The notes under the pieces are model-generated. The model was not told where the DNA came from and made no database searches. It saw only the letters and a list, made by a program, of their open reading frames with translations. Positions 18,601-27,767 of a stretch of 64,000 nucleotides of DNA are shown in pieces. The position numbers and the translations under genes were made by a program. Positions within the stretch are counted from its first letter, which is position 1, and every line of letters begins with the position of its first letter. Location: the sequence record MW218148.1; one strand, given 5' to 3'.

Positions 18601-21531
18601 AACTTTCTTAATCAAACCTCCAAAACCACTAGTTTTCTCTTCCATAGCAGCATCTGTTTGATCTCCAAAGCTCTTAGCCATACCAGTAGTCTTTTGAACC
18701 ATATTCATACCTAGTCCAAAAGCAGGTTTTACTATAGATTTGTATAGACCTACTCCTGCTAATCCTAATAAAGGAGAAGCGGCAAGTAAAGGATTATCTT
18801 TAATAAATCCTCCAATTAAAGTAGATTGTTCATTTCTTCCAGTCATCTTAGTGTCTACTAAAGGATCAACTGAGAAGTTTTCTCCTCCTGGTTGAGTTGA
18901 ATCTAATTTTTCTTGTTCATTTTTCTCTTTAGACGGATGATCATTGAAACCAATGATACTACCTAAAGTCTTGATAGGATGTTTTAAAGATTCAATAGGA
19001 TGAGATATAGTTCTAATAATATCTGGAGCAGCTAATGCCAATGATGCAACCTGACCAACTACAGGAATAGCATTTACTCCAACACGAGCACCTACTTTAA
19101 CTCCTGCTTTAAGTAATCCTTTACCTATAGCTTTTTTAGCACCTTTTCCAGCAGCCATTCTAGTAGCTCTAGCTTTAAGTTTTCCTTTAAGTCTACTACC
19201 TGCACCAGCCATTAAAGCTCCACTAGCAGCAAATTTACCACCTAAAGATCCACCCATACTAGTTATTTTACTACCCATCTTAGTATTAGAAAAAGCACCG
19301 AATTTAGTTTTAGAAAAGTCTTTAACTTTATTTTTGTATTTATCAAAATGTTTCTTAACAGTTTTGTTTTTATCTGCAAATTCTTCAAATGACTCGTAAC
19401 CGTCTGCAAGTGTATCTCCGAAATTAGAATTATCTTCTTCAGAAGCTTTTGCTTGACCAGATTCACCTAAAGGTTTATCAATAATAGTTGAACCTTTGTT
19501 TTCATCAGAACTTTTATTAATTTGTTTTTCTTCAGGTTTATTATTTGATGCAGATGTATTGGACTTAGATTCTGATTGACGACTACTAGATTGATTTAAA
19601 TCTTCTCTAGGATCAATCTCTTTAGATGTATTAGGCTTATCAGAAGATACAGATTGATTAACAATATCTGATTGAGAACTATTTCCAGTATAATTATTAA
19701 AGCTTTCAGGAATTTTACTATTAATTCTAGATACAATATCTTTAATTTCACTTATATCTTTATTAATGATATTAAAGTTAATTCCATCATATACAGAATC
19801 TTTACTTCCTTTAATAATACTACTTGACGAATCATTATTGATCTTAGGAGTAATATTTCTAGAAGTTCCTTTTCTCACATTTTCATCATTAATAGCATTG
19901 ATAGTACTTCCATCAAGACCTTTTCTAATATTCTTAGATTCTTTATTAAGCATCATTCTAGTTTTAGTTAAACTAGTCATTGCTTCTTGATCTCCGAATA
20001 CTTTATCCAATAAAGTGTTTAATGGATCATTTGTATCTCCACTCTTAACTTTACCTAAGTCTTTACTGTTATTTACATTTTTAGAGATAATGTCCTTGAT
20101 AGTACTTTTAACTTTATCATCTTCAATATTGATATCCAAATCTTTAGCAGTATTACTAAATTCTTTCATGAAAGGTGAGTTATTTATAGTATCATTAATT
20201 TTCTTTTCTATATCATCTTTAATGACTTTAGAAGTTTTAAATCCACCTGAGCTATAATCATAATGAATTTCTTGACCGTCTTCAGAAGTTAAACCTACTA
20301 TTTTAGATAAATAACCGGGTATAACTGTATTTAATGTATTATGAGTTTCAACATCGAAAGCAACTTTCTGATGTTTATTATTTCTATTGGCTGTAGAAAT
20401 ACCACCAGTTACGCCTTCAAATAATTTATCTATTAATTTAGATTTACCTTTCTTAAGATCTTTAAGTAAGTCTTCTTCATTTTTCTTTCTTTTTGCTTCA
20501 GCTGCATCTACTTTACCTTGTTCTGTTGATCTGAAAGGATTAAGTTTGTTAATATGAGTACTTTTCTTAACCATTTTTTCAAGAAATGAGTCATTGTTAT
20601 TGAGAAAATCAAAAGCTTTACCTTTAGCTATATCAACTAAACCTAATTTTTTTATACCTTTTTTGCCAAAAGTATCTTTAATTAATTCTATACCTTTTTC
20701 CTTAGCAAAATCAATTGCTTTTTCTTTTAGACCTTCTCTATTAGAATCGTCAAGCAAATTTGAAAGGGTTATATTGGATAAAAATAGATCTTCTAATGAG
20801 TTACTATTTTTAATTTCAGATATATTTTTTACCTTAGTATTTTGTCTAATACTGTTACTAGTCTTAATAAGACCATTTAGGTTTTCGAATATACTTTGTC
20901 TAATCTCATCATTAGCTTCTCTCATTGTATTAAGATTAGTAATCATACTAGTAAAACCAGTTGAGTTAATTTGAGATAGGTTTGAGACTGATGAAGTTAA
21001 TAAAGCTGAAGCTCTTGCAGAAGAGGCATCACCATTAACAATTGTAGTTGAGCTAACTATTTTTGATTTATTATCTTCTTTTTCATCAAAGTCATCAAAT
21101 TCAAAGTCACCGTCACCTGAATCAAAGCTATCATCACTATCAAAGTCACCAAAGCTATCATCAAAGTCAAAATCATCACCCATATCCATGTCCATATCCA
21201 TACCCATGCTAGTAACATCTTTAATACCTTTTTTATCTTGTATCGTATTACCGGTTTTTAAGGTATTTTTAGTTGCTTTTAGGGTTTCTTTAGATAATTC
21301 TTTGGTAGAGTCAGTTATTTGTTGAAGTTGTTTTTTCTTCTTGTTTTTTAATTCTCTAACAGCTTTAAGTGGATTATTTTGATCCATAATACGTTTCATT
21401 TCATTTGATTGCATTGCATGTAAATTCTTATTGAATTCATTATCTATAAGTTTCCTAGAAGATTTAGAGGAGGAGTTATTTTTAAACTCCCTCTCCATCT
21501 TACCAGTACTAAATTTTTTATCTTTAGCCAA
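15673..21531 (-). CDS. Tape-measure-like tail protein with phage-tail lysozyme, NlpC/P60 and C-terminal Gly-Ser-Asn repeats
   Basis: TTG start with GGAGGTG. IWNFL..GLS.EQVAGVMGNFAHES...GIAQW (lysozyme, about 17450-17870); FDCSSL...GHVTLYIGNG (NlpC/P60, about 16860-17235). Confidence 0.8.
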   Translation of the reverse strand: MAKDKKFSTGKMEREFKNNSSSKSSRKLIDNEFNKNLHAMQSNEMKRIMDQNNPLKAVRELKNKKKKQLQQITDSTKELSKETLKATKNTLKTGNTIQDKKGIKDVTSMGMDMDMDMGDDFDFDDSFGDFDSDDSFDSGDGDFEFDDFDEKEDNKSKIVSSTTIVNGDASSARASALLTSSVSNLSQINSTGFTSMITNLNTMREANDEIRQSIFENLNGLIKTSNSIRQNTKVKNISEIKNSNSLEDLFLSNITLSNLLDDSNREGLKEKAIDFAKEKGIELIKDTFGKKGIKKLGLVDIAKGKAFDFLNNNDSFLEKMVKKSTHINKLNPFRSTEQGKVDAAEAKRKKNEEDLLKDLKKGKSKLIDKLFEGVTGGISTANRNNKHQKVAFDVETHNTLNTVIPGYLSKIVGLTSEDGQEIHYDYSSGGFKTSKVIKDDIEKKINDTINNSPFMKEFSNTAKDLDINIEDDKVKSTIKDIISKNVNNSKDLGKVKSGDTNDPLNTLLDKVFGDQEAMTSLTKTRMMLNKESKNIRKGLDGSTINAINDENVRKGTSRNITPKINNDSSSSIIKGSKDSVYDGINFNIINKDISEIKDIVSRINSKIPESFNNYTGNSSQSDIVNQSVSSDKPNTSKEIDPREDLNQSSSRQSESKSNTSASNNKPEEKQINKSSDENKGSTIIDKPLGESGQAKASEEDNSNFGDTLADGYESFEEFADKNKTVKKHFDKYKNKVKDFSKTKFGAFSNTKMGSKITSMGGSLGGKFAASGALMAGAGSRLKGKLKARATRMAAGKGAKKAIGKGLLKAGVKVGARVGVNAIPVVGQVASLALAAPDIIRTISHPIESLKHPIKTLGSIIGFNDHPSKEKNEQEKLDSTQPGGENFSVDPLVDTKMTGRNEQSTLIGGFIKDNPLLAASPLLGLAGVGLYKSIVKPAFGLGMNMVQKTTGMAKSFGDQTDAAMEEKTSGFGGLIKKVVGGASMLMMAPLALAGKGISNIVGMTSTLIQGGTGLIKSGWNWLKDKFSNHEEEMGNVSKEMVEASKEELSSYQEGIEGEASERAKKEIAEMQGMSDKASKDAKKQVEDSAGKTRDSIKKDVDGAMKDSPLSVMGRIGHQMNKLMPKNLMSKLKKTPKKLAETMMRMSPFYSLLSKKKKKKSEMDIANPGGEVVNKIGDWFDKLGGMMNDIMAGFMAGSSGSSSDSSASSSGSDASSIDGEGAEKIWNFLKDKGLSDEQVAGVMGNFAHESGMQSDRVQGDVAFDESKAKSSISGYGIGIAQWDNTRRQGLMKYAEEKNKKWSDLDLQLDYMWKELQGSESAALAHLKTTNSVGDAAASWVSKYERAGVPALGARISSGNSYIKKFSGSGSKSKSTKSKGGGGLGYIIDDGSLEQFSNMSKTTSGKKYSSNGLIKGNPPIKQFVGGGGGKGSETAKINKAVKWAVAQKGASYSQPNRQGANSFDCSSLIARAFKKAGLEMNINATTYTFWNGETPFKKIKAKDPSDLKVGDIILCDNIGHVTLYIGNGKQVEANGVEGVVVNSADKYKNPKWGIDGYMRYGGGGSEAVDGDSEGSSSSAEGSPGASEYSFKNGTWYGSITGRDDTRMDEDEQEELNDRLMKRYAQIYGIDYEEAKKIDQQQQEELKSKAGKSSSESDSGSGSDGEDSEGGDSGNGSSSGSPSSSDSGDSKEYVGNNTPSGSSSSVSNNNTNNNNSSVINNNYNNSSSTNGGNNSQQIIQGNNNTVRNIYNITNNYNNSTVSYKNGPMQVDKQKRLDLDEITKHTSNIDKNTAKMLEQLKKMSFKGKNNTNINKGDNIFNNTTINKNGDLVDSKGNVIVKSINKELEKIIKENLKNMDGINGSNGSNGSNGSNGSNGTGNNGSNGSNGTGGNGSNNGSNGNDGTNGNNGNNGSVTNPNDPFTPSTGNPDLQEAINRAYGDHFNIDVRSAIPIFSGK

Positions 21532-21555
21532 TTTCTAAGGTTCACCTCCTGCTAT

Positions 21556-24500
21556 TTACTTTAATTCTTCTAGTAAACGATCTAATTCTTTAGTAGAAGC
21601 AAATGTATTTCTATCTATATTAGCTAACATTTTAACTAAATCATCTGAATACCATAGTTTTTCATAGTCATAAGTATAACCTGAATTACCATTTTCTATT
21701 TTAGAATTTTTGTGATTATTTACTATCTTATTATAATGGTTAGTTACTCTATTATTTCCATTAATAAATTCTTGATTAACTGTTCCACCATTTATAACAC
21801 TACTATTGTTATTTGTAGTATTATTTTGATTATTATTTCTGTTTTGATTTGAGAATCCGCTATTATTTAATGTAGGTAAGTTAACACTACTTCCAGTTGT
21901 TGGAGAGTTACCAACGCTACTTGATGAATCGTTTTTATCTTTAGATATTTCTGCAGTAGATTTATCTCCAGAAGAATCTTTTCCTTCATCATCTCCAGAA
22001 TCAGAACCAGAACTAGAGCTTTCTTCACTTGAACCTGATTTAGATTTAAGTTTTTCTTGCTGTTCTTGGTCTATTTTCTTAGCTTCTTCATAATCAATAC
22101 CATATATTCTAGCATAACGTTTTAACAGTCTATCGTTAAGCTCTTCTTGTTCATCTTCATCCATACGAGTATCATCTCTACCTGTTATTGAACCATACCA
22201 AGTACCATTTTTAAAACTATATTCTGAAGCTCCAGCAGAACTTCCTGATGAAGATGATCCACTATCTTCAGATGATGACTCATCAGTATCTTTTTCATCT
22301 TTAGAAGAATCCTTAGATTTAGAATCATTATCCTTACTCTTACCAGTTAATTTCTCTTTTGCTTTTTCAACAATATTTTTAGCAGAACTTAGAGTATTGC
22401 CTACAACATCTTTTACTTTTCCAATTGCATTTCCTACTTTTTCTTTAAGGTCTCCTAATCCAGATCCTCCTCCAATCATAGGTGCAATATTATCTCTAAT
22501 TAATCTAACTAATTTCATTCTACCATTGTTATTTAACATATAACCAGAACCATCATCTTTAATCAATGAATCATTTGCAATAGAGTTCCAGTTTATTATA
22601 TTTCTAGCAACAGAGTTTATACTTTCATTAGTTCCATTAACTAAAAGAGTTTTATCCATTAAGCTTGATTTTCTAATTGAGAAATAACTGTTTACAAAGA
22701 ATACTTCAGCATTACTATACATAGACATGATATCTTCCACTTCACCAGTAGAAAGACCACCGTTGATACCTAATTGGACGATTACAGCTACACCATTTCT
22801 GTTATATTCATTTCTATTTTCCATTAAGGCATCTTTACCACCATTATCGTAAGATCGTTTCAATTCAGTATCAATTTTAATTCCCTTAATTAATTTAGAT
22901 AAATCTGGTGCCATATCTTTACCTATTTCATCACCTATAAATAGGACTTTTGAGAATTTGTTTGAAGATTTTACCATACCACTATTTAAAGTAGATTTTT
23001 TATCTTTTAAATAGTTTGATACTTTATTGTGAATTTTCTTAGATAACTGTTTTACTCTAAATGTATCGTCTTTGCTTTCTTGCATTATTTCTTTTTCTTC
23101 TGCTTTTATCTCTCTTTTTTGTTGTAATACTTGAGCTTTCTGGAATCTTCTTCTTTCTCTAGCTTGTTTCTCTAGATCTTTCTGGAATGAAGGAGAATTC
23201 ATAATACCTACAAGAGAAGCTCCTCCGCCTTTCTTAGGATCACTCTTCTTAGCATTACTACCTTTATCACCGTCTGAATCTTTATCCTCACTCTTTTTAC
23301 TTGATACCTTACCCCAAATAAATGGTTCAGGTCTTATTGCAGTTTCATTTGAAGGACTGCCTTTCATTACTTGGAAGTGAAGATGTGCACCTTTTGCACC
23401 AGAACCTGTTTCACCAGATAAACCAATTTTATCTCCGACCTTAATAGTGTCTCCGACTTTAACCATTTTGTTGTTGGATAAATGCATATACCAAGTATAA
23501 ATATTACCACTTTTTATTTCAACATAATTACCGCCAACAGGTTCAGAGAATATTTTACTAACTTTACCAGGAACTATTGCATAAACCGTAGTTCCGGTAG
23601 GCATACCAATATCAATACCGGCATGGGAACTACCTAATGCACCAACGAAACCAGCTTTATATTTACCATATGGTTGCCAGAATTGGTGAGATCTTAACCA
23701 AGCACCCGCTCTGTCTGAAGGTATTTTCTTCATAGCAGCCACATTATCATTTGCAGAGAATGATGGAGCACTATTATCAGGTTTAAAACCTTCACCAGTT
23801 ACAACACCGCTACCATCGTCTGAACTACCAGAATCTCCGTCAGAACCTCCAGAAGATGAATTTTTCATCCTAGACATTGCAACTACCATTTCTTCCATTT
23901 TAACTAAGAATCTAGAGAACCATTCACCAATTTCTCCTCCACCTTTTTTAGAGAAGTCTATTCCACCTTTAGCTATTTGGTATAAACTTCCTATTGGAGA
24001 ATTCATAAACATTTCTTTTTGAATATTCTCTTCTTCCTTAGGACCTGATTTCATTTTATTATCAGTGATAGTCTTAAACATATCTCCGCCAACTTTAGCT
24101 AATGGGAACATAGGAGAAGCTCTGAACATAAGTTTAGTTGTGCTTAAAATCATTCTACCTAAACCTGTTTTATCTTCAGTATGTTTCTCTTCTTTACTCT
24201 TAGCTTCATCTTCTACTTTATCACCAGGATGTTCACCGATACCAAAGAAACTACCTAGAGTTTTTATAGGATGTTTTAGTGATTCAATAGGATGTTTAAT
24301 AGTCTTGATAATATCAGGAGCCCATAAAGCTGCACCAACAATTGGTCCAACAACTGGTATGAATGGTAATGCTGTTTTAAGACCGGCTTTTAATGCAAAT
24401 TTTCCTCCAGCTTTAGCTGCACCTTTACTAAATAGTTTATTTTTAGCCTTACCTAATAAACCTAAAGCTTTTCCACCAAATCCTTTAGCTTTACTAAATA

Positions 24501-27500
24501 AACCTTTACCAATAGACTTAACGTTCTTAGTTGCTTTAGATGCAAATTTACTTAATCCTTTAGCTGCAGTACTAGCATTTTTACGATTAAATATTTTTTG
24601 GAATCCTTTAGCTGCTACTTTACCAATAGATTTACCTAATTTAACTCCACCCTTGATAATTCCAGCACCTTTACCTATGACAGCTTTACCTAAGTCTTTT
24701 GTCATACCTAAAGCTTTTCCACCAAATTTACCAACAGTTTTAAATACGTTACCTATATTCTTAGGAATTCCTTTTATACCTTTAAATAATTTACCTAAAC
24801 CTAATTTACCTGCAACATTTTTAATGCCACTACCAATAGACATTAAACCTTTAGGTAGACCTGTGAAGAATTTTCCTACAACACCTGGTAGTAATTTACT
24901 TATTAATGCAGGACCAAATTTAGCTGCAAGGAATCCACCAGCACCTAACATAGCGGCTTTACCTAAGAATCCGCCAGCAGATTTTAAGAAACCTTTCTTT
25001 TCTTCACCGTCTTTCCCAGATTTACCTTTCATCAATGAAGCTAATACAGTTGCAGAAGTTCCAGCAAATAATACTGGACCCATTTTACTGAAATCTAACA
25101 TACCATTCATCATTTTCTTAGTACCTATAGATTTTTCAGCTTCTCCACCTTTGCCAAAATTAACACTACCTCTTAGCATTTCCATTGTTTTCTGTTTGTT
25201 AGAACCAGTCATTTGAGACATTACATTCTCTCCGACTTTACCGGCTTCAGCTGTAGATAATCCTTGCTTCATTCTTTCTAAAGCTCCATCATCATTTGAT
25301 TCTTCCATATCTTTTCTAAGATTAGCATTATTGCCAAAAGCAACACCTGCAAGACCTAATATAAAGCTTTTAGCCTTCTTTTGTTTTTCTTCTTTAGAAA
25401 GATCATCTAAAGTTTTATCCGGAGCTTTATTAGGATCAATTTGTGTAGGATTTAATTTATTACTTATTTTACTTAATTGAGGTATACTATTAAATATATC
25501 CATTATAGGATTTGAATCAATGATTTGTGATTTATTTAAATTATGAGTTCCAGGAGTAACGTTACTAGGAATATCCTGACTAACATTAGGTTCTTTATTA
25601 ATTAAGTTTGAAGATACATCTTTTAAAATACTCTTAGGATCTTCTTTATACTCTTTAAATTTATTAACTGCATTTGATAATGAATTAATCTTATCTAATA
25701 TATTTCTATGATCCTGATTAGGTATATTAGCATCTTTGTTAATGATGTCTTTAGTGATTGGGAAGCTCTTACCTTTTTCAATAACGCTATTAATCTTATC
25801 GATTTTTTCATTTACAAAATCTTTATTTTGATTAATATTACTTCTACTGAAGTCATTATTTAACTTATTCTCTATTTCTAAGAATAGTTTTTTAAGTTCA
25901 TTAAGGTCATCATTTTTCCATTCAATATCACCAAAATCTTTTATTTGGTTTACATTATCATTATTATCCGATACAGAGTAAGTTGAACCTTTAGCTTTAT
26001 TAACTCCATCTATTTCAGTAAATGACATTATTCTAGAATTAACGTTTTTATCCATAGTTCTACTTACTGAATCTTTAATCTTAAATAAATCAGTATTAAA
26101 CCTAGAAGCATTCTTCTCGAATATTTCTGCTAATGATTCTGTATTCTCATCAATCCTATTATCTTTTAATATCTTTTTAAGACCTTCAGTATCTTTTATA
26201 GTTTTATTTATCTTAGTAAGATCGACTAGGACTTCTTTAGTTCTATCTTCATCACCAGAAAATTTATCAAGTAACTCTTTACCGAGGAATGTATCTTTGA
26301 AGTTAAAGATTGATTTATCTTTAATTTTTTCTCTTTCTTTTCTTCTAGCAGTTCCTCTTTCTTCCCAAGTACCTTTTTCATAGTTAAAAATACTACCTAA
26401 ATCAGCAGTATCGGCTAATCCACCAGATCTTCCTTCTCTTTGTGCTATTAAATTACCTTGAAGTCTAGATAATAAATCCGGTATAGCTTTATTAATACTT
26501 GTATGAGTTAATTGGTCAAAGTCGACTGGTGTATCTTTCTTACGTTTATTCTTTAAAGAAATTCCACCCTTACCGTCACCAATAAGTTCTCCTTTGAATT
26601 CATTTAACTTATTAGTAAGAGCTCCACCTAAACCTGAAATAATTCTATTATCACTACCACTTAAACTTTCTAGACCTCTATTAATTTTACCATCTTCATT
26701 TAAAGTTCTATTAATTAATAGTGATCCTATATTTTCAGGATCAAATCTTTTATTCAGTCTAGTGAATATATTTGTATTACTTCCTTCAGGATCATATCCA
26801 CCTATATCACCATAAAGAAGTTTATTAAAAGCAAGTTTAGCTCCTTGAGTTGCAGCGAACTCAATAGGGTTTTTAGCTACACCCATTAACATTGTCTTTA
26901 ATTGTTCACCAGACATCATACCCATCAATAAGTTTTCTGGATTTGTTTTTTCATCTAGATATTTTAATAAACTTACATTACCTTTTAATATTGAATGAAG
27001 TTTACTTTGTTTGTCTCTTTTAGTATTTTCTTCCAGTAATGTATTTTGGTATATATTATCTTGTATAGTTATTAAAGTTGATAAACCTGAATCAACTAAA
27101 GAATTAGTTGCTTGAAGTGATAAAGAGTAATTGCTTAACGCAATATTAGTCCCTGTAAAACCTCTTTGGTTTATATCAACTAAATTATTCATTGCCACTA
27201 AAGGTGAATTAGTTATCTTAGATTGTTTTTTATCTGATAAACTAATAATTTCAGACTTAGTTCCGTCAGAGTTATCAATATAATCAGTTACTGATTCATA
27301 TTCAGGTTTTTCATTAGAAAGTTTTTCATTAGAATCTGAAAATGTATCATTTTCTTTAGACTTATCTTTTAAAGTCTTAATTAAATCACTAGTAGAACCT
27401 TTAACTTCCGTGAAGTTTTTTAATCTTCTTTCTTCGTTATTAAATAACTTTAAACCAGAATCACCTATGACAGCATCTAAAGCAGGATTTGACTTTATAA

Positions 27501-27618
27501 ATGCGTTAAGTAAAATACGACCTGTATTTTTAGAAGCATTACGTATAATAACTGAATTATTATTTTTCTCTAACTGCCTAATATTCTTTTTATTTTTATT
27601 TCTGTTATTCTTAGCCAA
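21556..27618 (-). CDS. Tape-measure-like tail protein with M23 peptidase and degenerate SGNH/OatA-like domain
   Basis: TTG start with GGAGGTG. HAGID...YMHL...HLHF (M23, about 23320-23700); VLFIGDE...VIVQLGING (about 22490-22955); long Gly/Lys amphipathic repeat region. Confidence 0.8.
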   Translation of the reverse strand: MAKNNRNKNKKNIRQLEKNNNSVIIRNASKNTGRILLNAFIKSNPALDAVIGDSGLKLFNNEERRLKNFTEVKGSTSDLIKTLKDKSKENDTFSDSNEKLSNEKPEYESVTDYIDNSDGTKSEIISLSDKKQSKITNSPLVAMNNLVDINQRGFTGTNIALSNYSLSLQATNSLVDSGLSTLITIQDNIYQNTLLEENTKRDKQSKLHSILKGNVSLLKYLDEKTNPENLLMGMMSGEQLKTMLMGVAKNPIEFAATQGAKLAFNKLLYGDIGGYDPEGSNTNIFTRLNKRFDPENIGSLLINRTLNEDGKINRGLESLSGSDNRIISGLGGALTNKLNEFKGELIGDGKGGISLKNKRKKDTPVDFDQLTHTSINKAIPDLLSRLQGNLIAQREGRSGGLADTADLGSIFNYEKGTWEERGTARRKEREKIKDKSIFNFKDTFLGKELLDKFSGDEDRTKEVLVDLTKINKTIKDTEGLKKILKDNRIDENTESLAEIFEKNASRFNTDLFKIKDSVSRTMDKNVNSRIMSFTEIDGVNKAKGSTYSVSDNNDNVNQIKDFGDIEWKNDDLNELKKLFLEIENKLNNDFSRSNINQNKDFVNEKIDKINSVIEKGKSFPITKDIINKDANIPNQDHRNILDKINSLSNAVNKFKEYKEDPKSILKDVSSNLINKEPNVSQDIPSNVTPGTHNLNKSQIIDSNPIMDIFNSIPQLSKISNKLNPTQIDPNKAPDKTLDDLSKEEKQKKAKSFILGLAGVAFGNNANLRKDMEESNDDGALERMKQGLSTAEAGKVGENVMSQMTGSNKQKTMEMLRGSVNFGKGGEAEKSIGTKKMMNGMLDFSKMGPVLFAGTSATVLASLMKGKSGKDGEEKKGFLKSAGGFLGKAAMLGAGGFLAAKFGPALISKLLPGVVGKFFTGLPKGLMSIGSGIKNVAGKLGLGKLFKGIKGIPKNIGNVFKTVGKFGGKALGMTKDLGKAVIGKGAGIIKGGVKLGKSIGKVAAKGFQKIFNRKNASTAAKGLSKFASKATKNVKSIGKGLFSKAKGFGGKALGLLGKAKNKLFSKGAAKAGGKFALKAGLKTALPFIPVVGPIVGAALWAPDIIKTIKHPIESLKHPIKTLGSFFGIGEHPGDKVEDEAKSKEEKHTEDKTGLGRMILSTTKLMFRASPMFPLAKVGGDMFKTITDNKMKSGPKEEENIQKEMFMNSPIGSLYQIAKGGIDFSKKGGGEIGEWFSRFLVKMEEMVVAMSRMKNSSSGGSDGDSGSSDDGSGVVTGEGFKPDNSAPSFSANDNVAAMKKIPSDRAGAWLRSHQFWQPYGKYKAGFVGALGSSHAGIDIGMPTGTTVYAIVPGKVSKIFSEPVGGNYVEIKSGNIYTWYMHLSNNKMVKVGDTIKVGDKIGLSGETGSGAKGAHLHFQVMKGSPSNETAIRPEPFIWGKVSSKKSEDKDSDGDKGSNAKKSDPKKGGGASLVGIMNSPSFQKDLEKQARERRRFQKAQVLQQKREIKAEEKEIMQESKDDTFRVKQLSKKIHNKVSNYLKDKKSTLNSGMVKSSNKFSKVLFIGDEIGKDMAPDLSKLIKGIKIDTELKRSYDNGGKDALMENRNEYNRNGVAVIVQLGINGGLSTGEVEDIMSMYSNAEVFFVNSYFSIRKSSLMDKTLLVNGTNESINSVARNIINWNSIANDSLIKDDGSGYMLNNNGRMKLVRLIRDNIAPMIGGGSGLGDLKEKVGNAIGKVKDVVGNTLSSAKNIVEKAKEKLTGKSKDNDSKSKDSSKDEKDTDESSSEDSGSSSSGSSAGASEYSFKNGTWYGSITGRDDTRMDEDEQEELNDRLLKRYARIYGIDYEEAKKIDQEQQEKLKSKSGSSEESSSSGSDSGDDEGKDSSGDKSTAEISKDKNDSSSSVGNSPTTGSSVNLPTLNNSGFSNQNRNNNQNNTTNNNSSVINGGTVNQEFINGNNRVTNHYNKIVNNHKNSKIENGNSGYTYDYEKLWYSDDLVKMLANIDRNTFASTKELDRLLEELK

Positions 27619-27650
27619 ACTGAAATTTCACCTCCAACGATATGTTCTTA

Positions 27651-27662
27651 TACATATTTGTT
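27651..27662 (-). promoter_or_regulatory. Putative late promoter AACA-N6-TA
   Basis: AACA AATATG TA about 30 nt upstream of the 2020-aa gene. Confidence 0.55.
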
Positions 27663-27696
27663 TCGATAGTTTTCATGAAGTTAAATTAAATATTAG

Positions 27697-27764
27697 AAAA
27701 AAAAAAATAAAGAAATATCCCCAACACAAATACTCCAATTAAGGAATATAAGTGTTGGGGATAT
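27697..27764 (-). terminator. Terminator for the 28418-27768 gene
   Basis: ATATCCCCAACAC / GTGTTGGGGATAT outer stem, inner stem with ttaatt loop on the minus strand, followed by a T11 run. Confidence 0.8.
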
Positions 27765-27767
27765 GAA

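Noticed and set aside
24065-25216. 383-aa plus-strand ORF
   Set aside because: Antisense shadow of the Gly/Lys/Ala-rich region of the 2020-aa gene; no RBS, and the Pro/Leu/Phe bias is what reverse-complemented codons give.
27697-27707. A11 homopolymer as a phase-variation site
   Set aside because: It is intergenic and explained as the U tract of the minus-strand terminator.
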